From Myxococcota bacterium (GTDB taxonomy: Bacteria > Myxococcota_A > UBA9160 > UBA4427), in NCBI GenBank assembly GCA_036336835.1, contig JAYZFK010000040.1:1-64000 (forward strand): a stretch of DNA of 64,000 nt, read 5' to 3'. The position numbers and the translations under genes are program-made. Each line of letters opens with the position of its first letter. Within the stretch, counting starts at the first letter, position 1. Below, one piece after another: positions 10,079-20,384 of the stretch. Under the pieces are notes generated by a model. That model searched no databases. It had not been told where the DNA came from and saw nothing but the letters and a program-made list of their open reading frames with translations.

Positions 10079-11230
10079 CTATTGCGACGGCAAAAGACCA
10101 GCATCGAGCACGGACTGCGCGATCCCCTTCGCGAGGATCTCGTGGCCGAACGCGTTCGGGTGGGAGTCCACCGGAGAGTTGCGCGTCCTGCGCAGCCCCG
10201 GGCCCTCGAACCACGGCATCACGTCGACCACTGCGAAGGAGCCCCGCTCGCCCGCCGCCTCGAGGTCCGAGAGCAGCGCGTCCGTCAGCCGCGTCGGGTT
10301 CCTCCGCCAGAGGAATGTGGCGAAGCCGATGTCTCGCGCCTGGCAATAGGCCCCGATCTGCTCGAGCGCTGACAACGAGGACCGCCAACTCTTCGAATCG
10401 CGATCCACCTGCATCTCGGGCGGATTGAAGACGTAGAAGGTGTGCGCGACAGCTCGAAACAGCCAGCTGGTTCCGATCACCGAGGCGAGCCTGTCCGCCG
10501 GACTCGGTTCGCGTGGCTGCATCAGCGAGGCGCTCATGACATCGTTATTCGTAATGAGCAACACCACGAGGTCCGGAGAGAGCTGTCCGAACTTGCGCAA
10601 GGACGCGAGCTCCTGAGCGGTGTTGTAGCTGGCAACGCCCGTGTTGAGAGTCCGCACCGGACGACCCAGCCATTCACCGAGCAGCGGCTCCAGGCGTCGC
10701 GCAAACGTCTCTTCGACCTCGACTCCGATGCCGTAGGCTACCGAGTCGCCCAGCACCATCACCCGGAACTCGTCCGCGTCCTTCTCACCGAATTCCCGAT
10801 CTCGCAGGCCGAGCGAGTTATACGACGCCTTGGCCCCGTAGTGGGTGGTCTCGAGGCCGGGGCGGTGCGCGTAGCCCAGATCCGGGTCGTCGATCAGGTC
10901 CGCGACGTAGCGAGCCAGATCGGCGTAGTAGACCATCCCGAGTGGATCGAGATACCGGATCACCAGCTCGCTCAACAACAGGGCCACCAGTGTCGAGCCC
11001 ATCAACAGAAACAGCTTCGCGGCCCGGGCATACACCCGACGGTACACACCACCCAGCGGAGCCACCGACAACGACACGGCGCACACGGTCACAAACATCA
11101 CCACGGCGAAGTACTCGATCGAGTAGCGACCCAGCACCTCGGGCGATGCGGACTGATGACTCGCGATCCAGCCGGCCAGCACCCAGGCTGCCAGCGCCGC
11201 GAGGATCAAGATCCAACGAAAGTACGCCAC
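10079..11230 (-). CDS. Membrane-anchored SGNH/GDSL hydrolase family protein
   Basis: N-terminal TM helices; NSLGLRD, VLGDSVAYG, NTGVASYN, TNND, DSHPNAFGH. Confidence 0.88.
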   Translation of the reverse strand: MAYFRWILILAALAAWVLAGWIASHQSASPEVLGRYSIEYFAVVMFVTVCAVSLSVAPLGGVYRRVYARAAKLFLLMGSTLVALLLSELVIRYLDPLGMVYYADLARYVADLIDDPDLGYAHRPGLETTHYGAKASYNSLGLRDREFGEKDADEFRVMVLGDSVAYGIGVEVEETFARRLEPLLGEWLGRPVRTLNTGVASYNTAQELASLRKFGQLSPDLVVLLITNNDVMSASLMQPREPSPADRLASVIGTSWLFRAVAHTFYVFNPPEMQVDRDSKSWRSSLSALEQIGAYCQARDIGFATFLWRRNPTRLTDALLSDLEAAGERGSFAVVDVMPWFEGPGLRRTRNSPVDSHPNAFGHEILAKGIAQSVLDAGLLPSQ

Positions 11231-11326
11231 GTGGCCAACGATATAGCTTGCAGGAAATGGCGACCACGACGGACCCGCGCCCGAGCGAGCTCGCGAGCCG
11301 TCGTGGCAAGCGCTGTCGGCGGCGGC

Positions 11327-12505
11327 TCAGTGGGGCAGCGGCAGCTGGTACACGCGGGCCGCGTTCTGGTAGAGCACCTTGCGCTGGGCCTTCTCGGAGA
11401 GCCCCGCCAGCGACGCCTCCACGTGCTCGCGCACGTTCGGGTAGAGGCAGGTGGGGTGCGGGAAGTCGGTCTCGAACAGCACGTTGTCCTCGCCGATCTC
11501 GCTGACCGCGCGCGCCGCGTCCTTCTCGAACCAGAAGGAGGCATAGATCTGGCGGCGGAAGTACTCCGTCGGACGCAGCTTCATGCCACCGCCGTGGGGC
11601 ATGCTCTCGTTCATCTGGTACTCGATCGCCTCGAGCATGAACGGGATCCAGCCAATCCCGCTCTCGACGGACACGAACTTCTGCTTCGGGTAACGATCGA
11701 GCAGGCCGCTGAAGATCAGGTTCGAGATGGTTCGACAGTTGTTGAGGAAGAAGGTGCAGGACAACGTCGCGAGATAGTGATCCGGGCGGATCCCGGGCCA
11801 CACCGCGCCGATGTCCACCCCGCCGGAGCCGATATGGAAGTTGCACGGCATGCCGCGCTCCTCGGCGCGGGACCACAGCGGGTCCCAGTGCGGCTCGTGA
11901 AGCGAGGGAAGCTCCCACTGGGTGGTGTTGTCGATCATGTTGAAGCCGGTCAGGCCCAGCTGGTCGTGAGCACGTTCGATCTCCCTGGCGGCGGCGTCGA
12001 CGTCCCAGAACGGGAGCAGCGCCTGGGGAAACAGACGCCCGCCGCTGTCCTGCTGCAGCTCGGCGGCGGCGTCGTTGTAGGCGGTGATACAGAACAGCCG
12101 GAGCTCCGGGTCCTCGATCTTCAGGATCGTCGCACCGGCAAACCCCAGCACGTTCGGGAACACCACCTGGATGGCGATGCCGAGCTCGTCCATGGCACGC
12201 AGCCGCGCGTCCACACTGGTAGCGGCGGGCGTCATCTCGTCCATGTTGGTCAGGGTGAAGATCCCCAGGGCCTTGCTGCGGTCGGGTCGGATCACACACA
12301 GGCCCGGCGGGGAGAGCCGAACGTCCCCCGAGACCCAGCACTGCCCCCCTTCGTTCTCGGGATCGTCGATCAGCCGCGGGACACCGTCCTCGAAGCGCGC
12401 CGGCGCGCGCGACGTCCACAGGTCTGCCGGCTCCGTAAAATGGGAGTCGATGTCGATGATGGGGATGTTGGCGGTGGCGGCTGCAGACACGGCGTCTCGC
12501 GTCAC
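11327..12505 (-). CDS. Amidohydrolase family protein (Amidohydro_2)
   Basis: IIDIDSHFTEP, NFHIG, VESGIGWIPF, FETDFPHP; GTG start overlaps the upstream TGA (GTGA). Confidence 0.92.
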   Translation of the reverse strand: MTRDAVSAAATANIPIIDIDSHFTEPADLWTSRAPARFEDGVPRLIDDPENEGGQCWVSGDVRLSPPGLCVIRPDRSKALGIFTLTNMDEMTPAATSVDARLRAMDELGIAIQVVFPNVLGFAGATILKIEDPELRLFCITAYNDAAAELQQDSGGRLFPQALLPFWDVDAAAREIERAHDQLGLTGFNMIDNTTQWELPSLHEPHWDPLWSRAEERGMPCNFHIGSGGVDIGAVWPGIRPDHYLATLSCTFFLNNCRTISNLIFSGLLDRYPKQKFVSVESGIGWIPFMLEAIEYQMNESMPHGGGMKLRPTEYFRRQIYASFWFEKDAARAVSEIGEDNVLFETDFPHPTCLYPNVREHVEASLAGLSEKAQRKVLYQNAARVYQLPLPH

Positions 12506-14211
12506 GCCCCGTGGCGCAGCAGCGCGCCGGAGTACACATCCGTCTGCTTGTCGTCCTCGATCGTGACCTGGCCGTTCACCAGGACGTAGCGATAGCCCGT
12601 GCCCGCCGAGGCAATGCGGTACTCGTCGCCGGGCAGGTCGTGGCGGAAGGTCGGGAACTCGTAGTCGAGCTTCTCGAGGTCGTACACGATGATGTCGGCC
12701 GTCGCGCCCTCGCGGAGGACGCCGCGATTCTGGAAGCCCGCGCAGAAGGCGGGCAGCGCGCTGAGTCGCCAATGCGCGTCCTCGAGAGAGCTGAACTCGT
12801 GGTCGCGCACGTATTGGGAGATGTACTCGGTCGCGTAGCTGCCGGCGGCGAGATACTTGAGATGCGCACCGCCGTCCGACAGACCCGGGATCACATAGGG
12901 GCTGTCGATCAGCTGCTTGATGCCCTCGAGATTGATGTCGAACTGAGCCGCCGAGAAGATGGTCTTCAGCTGATCGGCCACGACGATGTCACAGATCGCA
13001 TCGACGGGATGCACGCCGAGCGCTTCGGCGATCTGCTCGATCGACTGGCCGACGAAGCGCTCGTTCTCGGCCGAGAAGGTCTCGACGATCTTCGCCTGAT
13101 CGACGCCGGCGATGAACATGACCTTGAGGGGCTCGGCCCGGAGCTTCTCGCGGATCGCGGGGTCGGCCAGATTGGCGAGCTTCGTCGCGTCGCCGACCGC
13201 AGGGCCGGTGAACTCCTCCCACACAGGACCCCAGAGATCCCAGTAGTCGAAGGTGAAGACCAGCGGCGGGTTCTGGGTGATGCCCTGGCCGTAGATGCGC
13301 AGGCCGCGCTCACGACACTCGTCGAACCACTTGATCAGCTGATCGTGCATCTCGATCATCAAGCCCGAGGCCGGCATCGCCTGGTAGATGACGGGGGCCC
13401 CCGAGATCTCCGCGATCTTCTCCCAGTGCTCGTGCGGCATGCCCGCGGCCGAGAGCTCGATGAAGCCTTCACCGCGCTCGCCGAGCACCTTTGCGAGGAC
13501 CTCGTGAGTCTCCGGCCACATCACATCAGAGGGCATCGGCGTCCCGTCGAAGTCCGACTGCGCCGCGCCGCCGAGCGTCGGCTGCGAAGGATCGCCCGCG
13601 GTGCCGAGCGTCTGGGAGGACCAGCCACAGGCACCGGCGTCCATCGCCTCGTTCAGCAGACGCGCCATCTCGGCGTGCTCCTCGGTTGTCGGCTTGCGCC
13701 CGGCTTTCGCATCCTCGAGTCCGAGCACCCAGATGAGCAGCGGGTTCACGCCCACGTAGGGCAGCAGGTTCACGGCCTTCGGCATCCGGTCGATGCTGTC
13801 GAGCATCTCGGGGTAGGTCTCCCAGTCCCAGGGCAACGCCGCCTGCAGCGTGGCGAGCGGGATCGCCTCGACCTTGGTCATCGACTGCATCGCGCGCTCG
13901 CGGAGATCCTCCTTGCACGGTGCGAAGCCGAAGCCGCAGTTGCCGACCACGACCGAGGTCACGCCGTTCCAGCCCGAGGTCGTGAGGTATGGATCCCAGA
14001 AGATCTGGGCGTCGTAGTGCGTGTGGAGATCGATGAAGCCGGGCGCCACGATGAGTCCCGTCGCGTCGATCTCCCGGTCCGCTTCCCCCGGCTCGATGCG
14101 GCCAATCCTGGCGATCACGCCGTCCTTGACGCCGAGGTCGCCGCGGTAGCGGGGGTTGCGAGCACCGTCGACGATGATGCCGTTGCGAATTGCGATGTCG
14201 AAGCGGGACAT
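12502..14211 (-). CDS. N-acyl-D-amino-acid deacylase-like amidohydrolase
   Basis: VAPGFIDLHTHYD, GVTSVVVGNCGFGFAP, SDGGAH, GATADIIVYD. Confidence 0.93.
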   Translation of the reverse strand: MSRFDIAIRNGIIVDGARNPRYRGDLGVKDGVIARIGRIEPGEADREIDATGLIVAPGFIDLHTHYDAQIFWDPYLTTSGWNGVTSVVVGNCGFGFAPCKEDLRERAMQSMTKVEAIPLATLQAALPWDWETYPEMLDSIDRMPKAVNLLPYVGVNPLLIWVLGLEDAKAGRKPTTEEHAEMARLLNEAMDAGACGWSSQTLGTAGDPSQPTLGGAAQSDFDGTPMPSDVMWPETHEVLAKVLGERGEGFIELSAAGMPHEHWEKIAEISGAPVIYQAMPASGLMIEMHDQLIKWFDECRERGLRIYGQGITQNPPLVFTFDYWDLWGPVWEEFTGPAVGDATKLANLADPAIREKLRAEPLKVMFIAGVDQAKIVETFSAENERFVGQSIEQIAEALGVHPVDAICDIVVADQLKTIFSAAQFDINLEGIKQLIDSPYVIPGLSDGGAHLKYLAAGSYATEYISQYVRDHEFSSLEDAHWRLSALPAFCAGFQNRGVLREGATADIIVYDLEKLDYEFPTFRHDLPGDEYRIASAGTGYRYVLVNGQVTIEDDKQTDVYSGALLRHGA

Positions 14212-14387
14212 GTTGGCTCCACCCGATGGAAATGGTTCGATTCGAGTACGGGGCTGCGCCGCCCCGCAGGTCCGTGCGATCGACCTATTCTCCTGCTCCG
14301 GCCCGCAGAGTGCAAGACGCTGCGTGTCTCCTCCGGCTCAGAGGCGCGTATGATGCCCGCCCATCCCGGAGTAGGAGGTCTGCAGAC

Positions 14388-15692
14388 TTGAGCGACTCCG
14401 CGGGGCCTGTCCCCTCCCCTCGCGAGCGAGAGCGCATCGGCTTCGCGGATCCGTACACCCGCTACGTGATGGCGATCATGTTCGCCGTCTACGTGATGAG
14501 CTACGTCGACCGGCAGCTCGCCTCGGTATTGCTCGAGGACATGAAGCACGACCTCGGGGCCAGCGACGCCCAGATGGGGCTGCTCACCGGCGTGGCCTTC
14601 GCGGTCGTGTACGCGACGCTCGGCATTCCGATCGCGCGCTGGGCCGATCACGGCGTCCGCAGGTCGATCATCGCGGGTGGCCTCGCGGTGTGGAGCGTGG
14701 CGACCGCGCTCACCGGCGCGGGACGGAGCTACTTCGAGGTGCTGCTGGCCCGCTTCGGCGTGGGTGCGGGCGAGTCCGCCGCGGGCCCCCCTGGGCACGC
14801 CCTGCTCTCGGACTACTTTCCCCTCGAGCAGCGTGGCCGCGCACTGGCGATCTACTCGGCCGGCGGCAGCGTCGGCATGATGCTCGGCATGTGGCTCGGC
14901 GGTGCGCTGGGCGACCTGTACGGCTGGCGTGCCGCCTTCGTGATCGTCGGCCTGCCGGGCCTGGCCCTGGCCGTCCTGGTGCGGCGCACCGTGCGCGAGC
15001 CAGTCCGGGGACGCTTCGACAAGATGCCACCGGCGCCCCGCGAGTCGCTCGGCAAAGTGGCCGCGACGCTCTGGCGAACACGCTCGTTTCGCTGGATGAC
15101 GCTGGCCGCCACGCTCCACGTGTTTGCAGGCTTTGGCGCGGCGGCCTGGACCCCGGCGTTCCTGATGCGCATTCACGACCTGACGGCCAGCCAGGCCGGC
15201 TTCTGGCTGGGGCCCGTGGTGGGAACCGGCGCCTTCGCCGGCGGCCTCTTCTGGGGCTGGGCGGTGGACGCGTCGGGCAAGCGCGATCTGCGCTGGTACA
15301 TGTGGCTTCCCACCATCGCGACCATGGTGGCGATGCCCTTCAGCTATGCGTTCGTGCTGTGGCCGGACTCAAACGCCATCTACTTCCAGGTCGTGTCGGC
15401 CTTCTTCGGCAACTGCTATGCGGGGGCGACGTTCGCCATGGTGCAGAGCCTCGCCCGGCCGCACATGCGTGCCATGGCGGCCGCCGGCGTGCTGTTCGTA
15501 ATGAATCTAGGCGGCCTGGGCCTCGGTCCCACGATCATCGGCTTCATGAACGACTGGCTCACCCCGCGCTTCGGCATCGAGGCCATCCGCGTGTCGCTGC
15601 TGATCATCGGGCTGCCCCACCTGCTGGCGGCGGTCTTCGGCATCCTCGCCGCTCGCACCCTGCGCGAGGACATCGCCCGAGCCCAGAGCTGA
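14388..15692 (+). CDS. MFS transporter (spinster-like)
   Basis: SYVDRQ, GIPIARWADHGVRR, ARFGVGAGES, SDYFPLEQRGRA; about 12 TM; TTG start after AGGAGG. Confidence 0.93.
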   Translation: MSDSAGPVPSPRERERIGFADPYTRYVMAIMFAVYVMSYVDRQLASVLLEDMKHDLGASDAQMGLLTGVAFAVVYATLGIPIARWADHGVRRSIIAGGLAVWSVATALTGAGRSYFEVLLARFGVGAGESAAGPPGHALLSDYFPLEQRGRALAIYSAGGSVGMMLGMWLGGALGDLYGWRAAFVIVGLPGLALAVLVRRTVREPVRGRFDKMPPAPRESLGKVAATLWRTRSFRWMTLAATLHVFAGFGAAAWTPAFLMRIHDLTASQAGFWLGPVVGTGAFAGGLFWGWAVDASGKRDLRWYMWLPTIATMVAMPFSYAFVLWPDSNAIYFQVVSAFFGNCYAGATFAMVQSLARPHMRAMAAAGVLFVMNLGGLGLGPTIIGFMNDWLTPRFGIEAIRVSLLIIGLPHLLAAVFGILAARTLREDIARAQS

Positions 15693-15727
15693 CCTCGGGT
15701 GCTCGCGCGACGAGTCCTTGGTGCGCG

Positions 15728-16651
15728 CTACCGCTCCGCCTTGGCAACGATGGCGGCAAACTCCTCGGCGACCAGCCGGGTCACCGGAAGCTGCTGCCCC
15801 AGGCGCCACTCGCGCCACGGGAGCAAGTCGTACCAGGCCGACAGCTGCGTGAAGTTGAGGGTGGCGACGATCAGCTCTTCGGCCCGTCCGGCCTCGGCCA
15901 GCACGACGCCGAAGCCCGGAAAGGCCGGCCCCCCGATGATGCTGTTGCCGGCCCACGTCGCATCGCCGCTCGTTCCGACGCGGTTCGACGATGCGGCGTA
16001 CACCAGGTTCTCCTGGGCGCGCACCAGCGTGGCGTGGCGAAGATTCTGACCCGCGCGCGGTCGGTCCCCTCGTCCCGTCGGATTGATCAGCAGTCGCGCT
16101 CCCTTGAGCGTCAGGATTCGCGACAGCTCCGGGTTGTTGTAGAAGTCGTAACAGATCTGGATGCCGATCGGACCGAGTCGGGTCTCGAAGACGGGCAGGG
16201 AGGTCCCAGGAGTGAAGCGATCCGTCTCGAGTGGAATGCCCAGATGCACCTTGCGATAGCTACCGAGTAGGCCGTCGGGCGTGATCATCGCCGCCGAGTT
16301 GTAGAGCACGTCGGCGGCCTCCTCGTCGCGCTCCTCGAAGCCGTAGATGACGTGGATGTCGAGCTCTCGGGCCAGGGCGGCCACCGCGTCGGACGAGGGG
16401 CCGGGGGCCAGCTCCGCCTGCTCGAGATGCCAGTCGCACGGCCGGTGCGCGCTGGCGCAAGCTTCGCACTGCCCCCACGTGTTGAGGGCGAGCTCCGGAA
16501 ACACGACGAGATCGCAGCCCTGGCGCGCGGCTTCCCGCATTGCCTGGAGGATCTTCCCGAGGGTCGCCGCCTTGTCTCGCGGTACGCTCTCGAAGTTGAC
16601 GCAGCCCAGCGTGACGAGGCTCGGCAGCGAAGGGTCGTCGACGGCGTGCAT
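15728..16651 (-). CDS. Carbon-nitrogen hydrolase (nitrilase/amidase superfamily)
   Basis: Triad motifs VFPEL, YRKVHL, QICYD; ATG after GGAGGAG. Confidence 0.92.
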   Translation of the reverse strand: MHAVDDPSLPSLVTLGCVNFESVPRDKAATLGKILQAMREAARQGCDLVVFPELALNTWGQCEACASAHRPCDWHLEQAELAPGPSSDAVAALARELDIHVIYGFEERDEEAADVLYNSAAMITPDGLLGSYRKVHLGIPLETDRFTPGTSLPVFETRLGPIGIQICYDFYNNPELSRILTLKGARLLINPTGRGDRPRAGQNLRHATLVRAQENLVYAASSNRVGTSGDATWAGNSIIGGPAFPGFGVVLAEAGRAEELIVATLNFTQLSAWYDLLPWREWRLGQQLPVTRLVAEEFAAIVAKAER

Positions 16652-16728
16652 CGGAACTCCTCCTGGGGCGTGGGGTGCCGAGCAGTATGAGCGCGTCGCC
16701 GGGGATTCTCCAGCCGATGCGCCGGCGC

Positions 16729-18423
16729 CTACGGGTTCATCGCGTAGGCGCCGTCGAGCGGCTCGACGTGGTTCTGCCACACGCGATCGAAGCGCCCCTC
16801 GACCTCCACGGGCTTGCGCAGCAGATTGCGGCAACGCTCGGCCTGCGCCTCGCTGCTGCTCGGCTGGAGCGAGAGCGTGAGCGCGTGCTTCGACATGTCC
16901 CGCACCAGGAAGTCGAAGATCTGATCCAGCAGGTCGTCGTCGACCTGGTAGATCGCGGCGTTCTCGAGAATCAGCTGCGCGTACACGACGAGCGCGAAGA
17001 TCTCGCCGGCCGCCAGCAGGAAGTCCACGTCCTTCATCTGGTCGGGTCCGGGCGGCTCGGCAGCCAGCAGCTCGCGGAAGGCCTCGGCCTGCTCGGCAAA
17101 CCGCTGCACGTTGGGCAGGCTGCAGGCCTCGAAGGCCTTCCGATAGTCGTGGAAGCGGATCTGGCCGAGGCCGCGAGCGCTGCCCTGCTCGAAGAGGAAG
17201 TCGTCGTTGCGGGGCTCGTCCTGTCTGCCGACGGGCGGGTACTCGGTGGGCTCGAAGAAGTAGCTCGGCATGAACTTCACGATCAGGGCGATGTTCACAT
17301 GCACCGTGCCCTCGAGCTTGGGCAGCGCGCGGATGTCGACGGCAGCCTGGCTGAAGTACATGTCCTTCTCGAATCCCCTGGCGGCGATCGCGTCCCAGAG
17401 CAGGTTGATCACCTCCTCCCCCTGCGTCGTGACCTTCATCTTGACCATCGGGTTGAAGAGGAGATAGCGACGATCCTCGGCCGAAGCGACGCGCATGTAG
17501 TCGGCCGCGCGCAGTGCGAAGAGCTTCATGGCCACCAGTCTGCTGTAGCCGTCGACGAACATTCTGCGGACGTGCGAGAAGTCCGTCACGCGGTTGCCGT
17601 ACAGCACCCGGTTGTTGGCGTGGCTGATCGCCTCGTACAGCGCGTGCGTACAGATGCCGATCGAGGCCCAGCCGAGGTTGTACTTGCCGATGTTCACTGT
17701 GTTGAGCGCGGCGTTCCAGGCCTCGCGGCCGCGGTGGAGGATGTCCTCCTCCCGCACCGGATAGTCCTCGAGCTCGAACTCCGAGACATAGTTCTGGCTC
17801 GCGACGACGTTCTGGATCAGCTTGTAGCGCTCGTGTCGGGGATCCGAGGCGAAAAAGACGTAGTCGTCGCTTCCCTCGAAGCGACCGAACGTCGAGACGA
17901 TGGCCGCCTCGTTGCCGTTGCCGATGTAGTACTTCCGGCCGTTCGCCCGCCAGCCGTCGCCGTCCGGCGTGAGCACCATGTCGGTCGAGTAGATGTCGGC
18001 ACCGTGCGTCTTCTCCGAGAGGCCGAACGCGAAGATGCCGCCCTCCTCCAGGGCCGCTGCGGCGCGCTTGCGAAGCTCGGCGTTTTCGCTCATCCAGATC
18101 GGCCCCAGCCCGAGCACGGAAACCTGCCAGGTGTACCAGTACTGGAGCCCGTAGAAGCCGAGGATCTCGGCAAACTCGCAGACTCTCCAGGTGTCCCAGC
18201 GGCCATCGCCCGCGCCCTCGCCCTCGGGCGTACACATGGTGGCGAACAGCCGGTGCTCCCGGGCGTAGTCCAGGAAGTCGGCGTACCAGCCCCGCCCGTA
18301 GTAGTCCTCGAGCAGGCGCGCCTTGCCCTTGTTCTCGAAGAACTCGATGGTCTGGCGCATCAGCTCGGCAGAGCGTTCGTCGGCGTACGGCCGCTTGGGA
18401 TTTCTCGGGTCCAGGAGGATCAT
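16729..18423 (-). CDS. Acyl-CoA dehydrogenase (long form)
   Basis: AFGLSEKTHGAD, NGRKYYIGNG, LPKLEGT; 564 aa. Confidence 0.93.
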   Translation of the reverse strand: MILLDPRNPKRPYADERSAELMRQTIEFFENKGKARLLEDYYGRGWYADFLDYAREHRLFATMCTPEGEGAGDGRWDTWRVCEFAEILGFYGLQYWYTWQVSVLGLGPIWMSENAELRKRAAAALEEGGIFAFGLSEKTHGADIYSTDMVLTPDGDGWRANGRKYYIGNGNEAAIVSTFGRFEGSDDYVFFASDPRHERYKLIQNVVASQNYVSEFELEDYPVREEDILHRGREAWNAALNTVNIGKYNLGWASIGICTHALYEAISHANNRVLYGNRVTDFSHVRRMFVDGYSRLVAMKLFALRAADYMRVASAEDRRYLLFNPMVKMKVTTQGEEVINLLWDAIAARGFEKDMYFSQAAVDIRALPKLEGTVHVNIALIVKFMPSYFFEPTEYPPVGRQDEPRNDDFLFEQGSARGLGQIRFHDYRKAFEACSLPNVQRFAEQAEAFRELLAAEPPGPDQMKDVDFLLAAGEIFALVVYAQLILENAAIYQVDDDLLDQIFDFLVRDMSKHALTLSLQPSSSEAQAERCRNLLRKPVEVEGRFDRVWQNHVEPLDGAYAMNP

Positions 18424-18456
18424 TGGGCCTTCCTCGGTCGGGTTGGGGTCATCGAT

Positions 18457-19362
18457 TCATTCGCGCGGGCGATCGAACACGTTTGGCTGATCGGCGACGT
18501 CGCGAAACGCCGCCTCCATCTCGGCGAAGGCGCTCTGCGTCTCCCAGACGCCCGAAGCGGCTGTGATCTCGTGCTCCACCTGCGGGTTCGAGATCAACGA
18601 GATCTTTCCGTTGCCGGCGCCGATCACCCGTCGGTTGATCCAGTCCGAGCGCGTACTCGCAAGGTACAGCACCGGCGGGACGACGTTCCACGGCGACATC
18701 CGCTCGTTGTCGGGCGTGTAGGTGGCGGTCGCAGAGGGTCGCTCGATGCTGGTGGTCATGCGAGTGGTCGCGACCGGTGCGATCGCGTTCGAGGTCACTC
18801 CGTAGGCCCGGAGCGAATTGGCACACGAGAGCGTGAGTCCGACGATGCCCATCTTCGCCGCGGCGTAGTTCGGCTGCCCGGGCGCGCCGTAGAGGCCCGA
18901 GCCCGAGGTGAAGTTGATCAGGCGGTACTGGCCGCCGCGGTGCTCTCGCCAGTGCGCCGCTGCGTGGCGCGTCGTGTTGAAGGTGCCCTTGAGATGCACG
19001 GCGACCACGGCATCCCACTCCTCCTCGCTCATCTTGAAGACCATGCGATCGCGCAGGATGCCCGCCACGTTGATCAGCACATCGAGTCGGCCGAACTCCT
19101 CCACGGCTCGTCGCACCAGAGCCTCGGTGGCTGCGAAATCGCTCACGTCGGTTCCGTCGGCGATCGCGACGCCCCCCGCGGCGACGATCCGCTCCACCAC
19201 CTCGCGGCCGGGCGCGGGGTCTCCTCGCGTGCCGTCGAGCTCGGCGCCGAGGTCGTTGACGACCACGCAGGCGCCTTCGGCGGCCAGGCCTTCCGCAACC
19301 GCCGCGCCGATGCCTCGGCCGGCCCCGGTCACGATCGCGACGCGCTCGTTCAGCTCACCCAT
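18457..19362 (-). CDS. Short-chain dehydrogenase/reductase
   Basis: VTGAGRGIG, NVAGILRD, YAAAK. Confidence 0.93.
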   Translation of the reverse strand: MGELNERVAIVTGAGRGIGAAVAEGLAAEGACVVVNDLGAELDGTRGDPAPGREVVERIVAAGGVAIADGTDVSDFAATEALVRRAVEEFGRLDVLINVAGILRDRMVFKMSEEEWDAVVAVHLKGTFNTTRHAAAHWREHRGGQYRLINFTSGSGLYGAPGQPNYAAAKMGIVGLTLSCANSLRAYGVTSNAIAPVATTRMTTSIERPSATATYTPDNERMSPWNVVPPVLYLASTRSDWINRRVIGAGNGKISLISNPQVEHEITAASGVWETQSAFAEMEAAFRDVADQPNVFDRPRE

Positions 19363-19475
19363 CCCGGCTCCTGCTCCTGCTCGATCGCCCCGGCTCGAGC
19401 GCCTCGGCTCGAGCGCCTCGACCCGCAGCGCCGCAGACGATCGGATCATGCATCGGACACGTCTCCTGGGATCTC

Positions 19476-20384
19476 CTACAGCCGGCTCTGGAGATACTGG
19501 AGCGTTCGCTCTTCGGCCCCGTCATCGGTCGCGAAGATGGACGCTTCGAAGTCGCTGACGCCCAGGTTGCGCAGCCGCTCGAGTCCCGCATCGAGCACCC
19601 GCTCGTCGCCGACCAGGGCGAGGTCCGCGGGGCCCTCCGCGCCCTCGATGTCGAGCAGCGCCCGATAGCTCGGCATCTGGCCGTACATCGTCAGCAGCTT
19701 GCCCACCTGCTCGTTTGCCGCCTCGGCGTCCGGGGTCAGGACGATGTGCATCCCCGCCACGATGCGCGGCTCGGGCCTGCCAGCCTCACTCGCAGCAGCG
19801 CGAAGCTTCGGCGCGATGTGGTGCTCGATGGTGCGCGGTCCGGCCATCCAGAGGATGGTGCCCGCCGCCTGGCGCCCCGCGATCGCGAGCATCCGCTCGC
19901 CGAGGGCAGCGAGCAGGACCGGCACCGGCTCGCCCGCGGGCAGGGCGAGCGCCATGTCGACCCGGTACTCCTGCCCTTCGAACTTGGCGTGCTCGCCGCG
20001 GAGCAGGGGACACAGCACCTCGAGGTACTCGCGCATGTGCTCGGCGCGCCGCGCGTAGGACAAGCCCATCATGCGCTCGATCACCGGCGGATGAGACAAG
20101 CCGATGCCGAGGGTGAAGCGTCCCCGGGTCGCGGCACCCGCCGTGAGCGCCTGCTGGGCGAGCGCCGTCGGATGACGCGGATAGGTGGGCACCACGGCCG
20201 TGCCGAGCTCGATGCGCTCGGTCTCGCGGCCGATCGCGCTCGCTGCGGTGACGGCATCGAGACCGAAGACGTGCGGGATCCACATCGTGGGAAAGCCGCG
20301 CGACTCGAGGTCCCGCGCGCTCGTGATGAGATCCTCGAGACCGCCGCGGTACGAGGCTCCACCGACCATGACTCCGATTCGCAT
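19476..20384 (-). CDS. LLM-class oxidoreductase, probably F420-dependent
   Basis: IELGTAVVPTYPRHP, GRFTLGIGLSH, AALGERML, MPSYRALLD; ATG after GGGGAG. Confidence 0.88.
   Translation of the reverse strand: MRIGVMVGGASYRGGLEDLITSARDLESRGFPTMWIPHVFGLDAVTAASAIGRETERIELGTAVVPTYPRHPTALAQQALTAGAATRGRFTLGIGLSHPPVIERMMGLSYARRAEHMREYLEVLCPLLRGEHAKFEGQEYRVDMALALPAGEPVPVLLAALGERMLAIAGRQAAGTILWMAGPRTIEHHIAPKLRAAASEAGRPEPRIVAGMHIVLTPDAEAANEQVGKLLTMYGQMPSYRALLDIEGAEGPADLALVGDERVLDAGLERLRNLGVSDFEASIFATDDGAEERTLQYLQSRL

Noticed and set aside
7215..10349. Very long alternative-frame or antisense ORFs (also 16675-19668, 29493-32261, 38526-41252)
   Set aside because: Arg/Ala/Pro-rich or antisense shadows of well-supported genes, expected at high GC; no family motifs.
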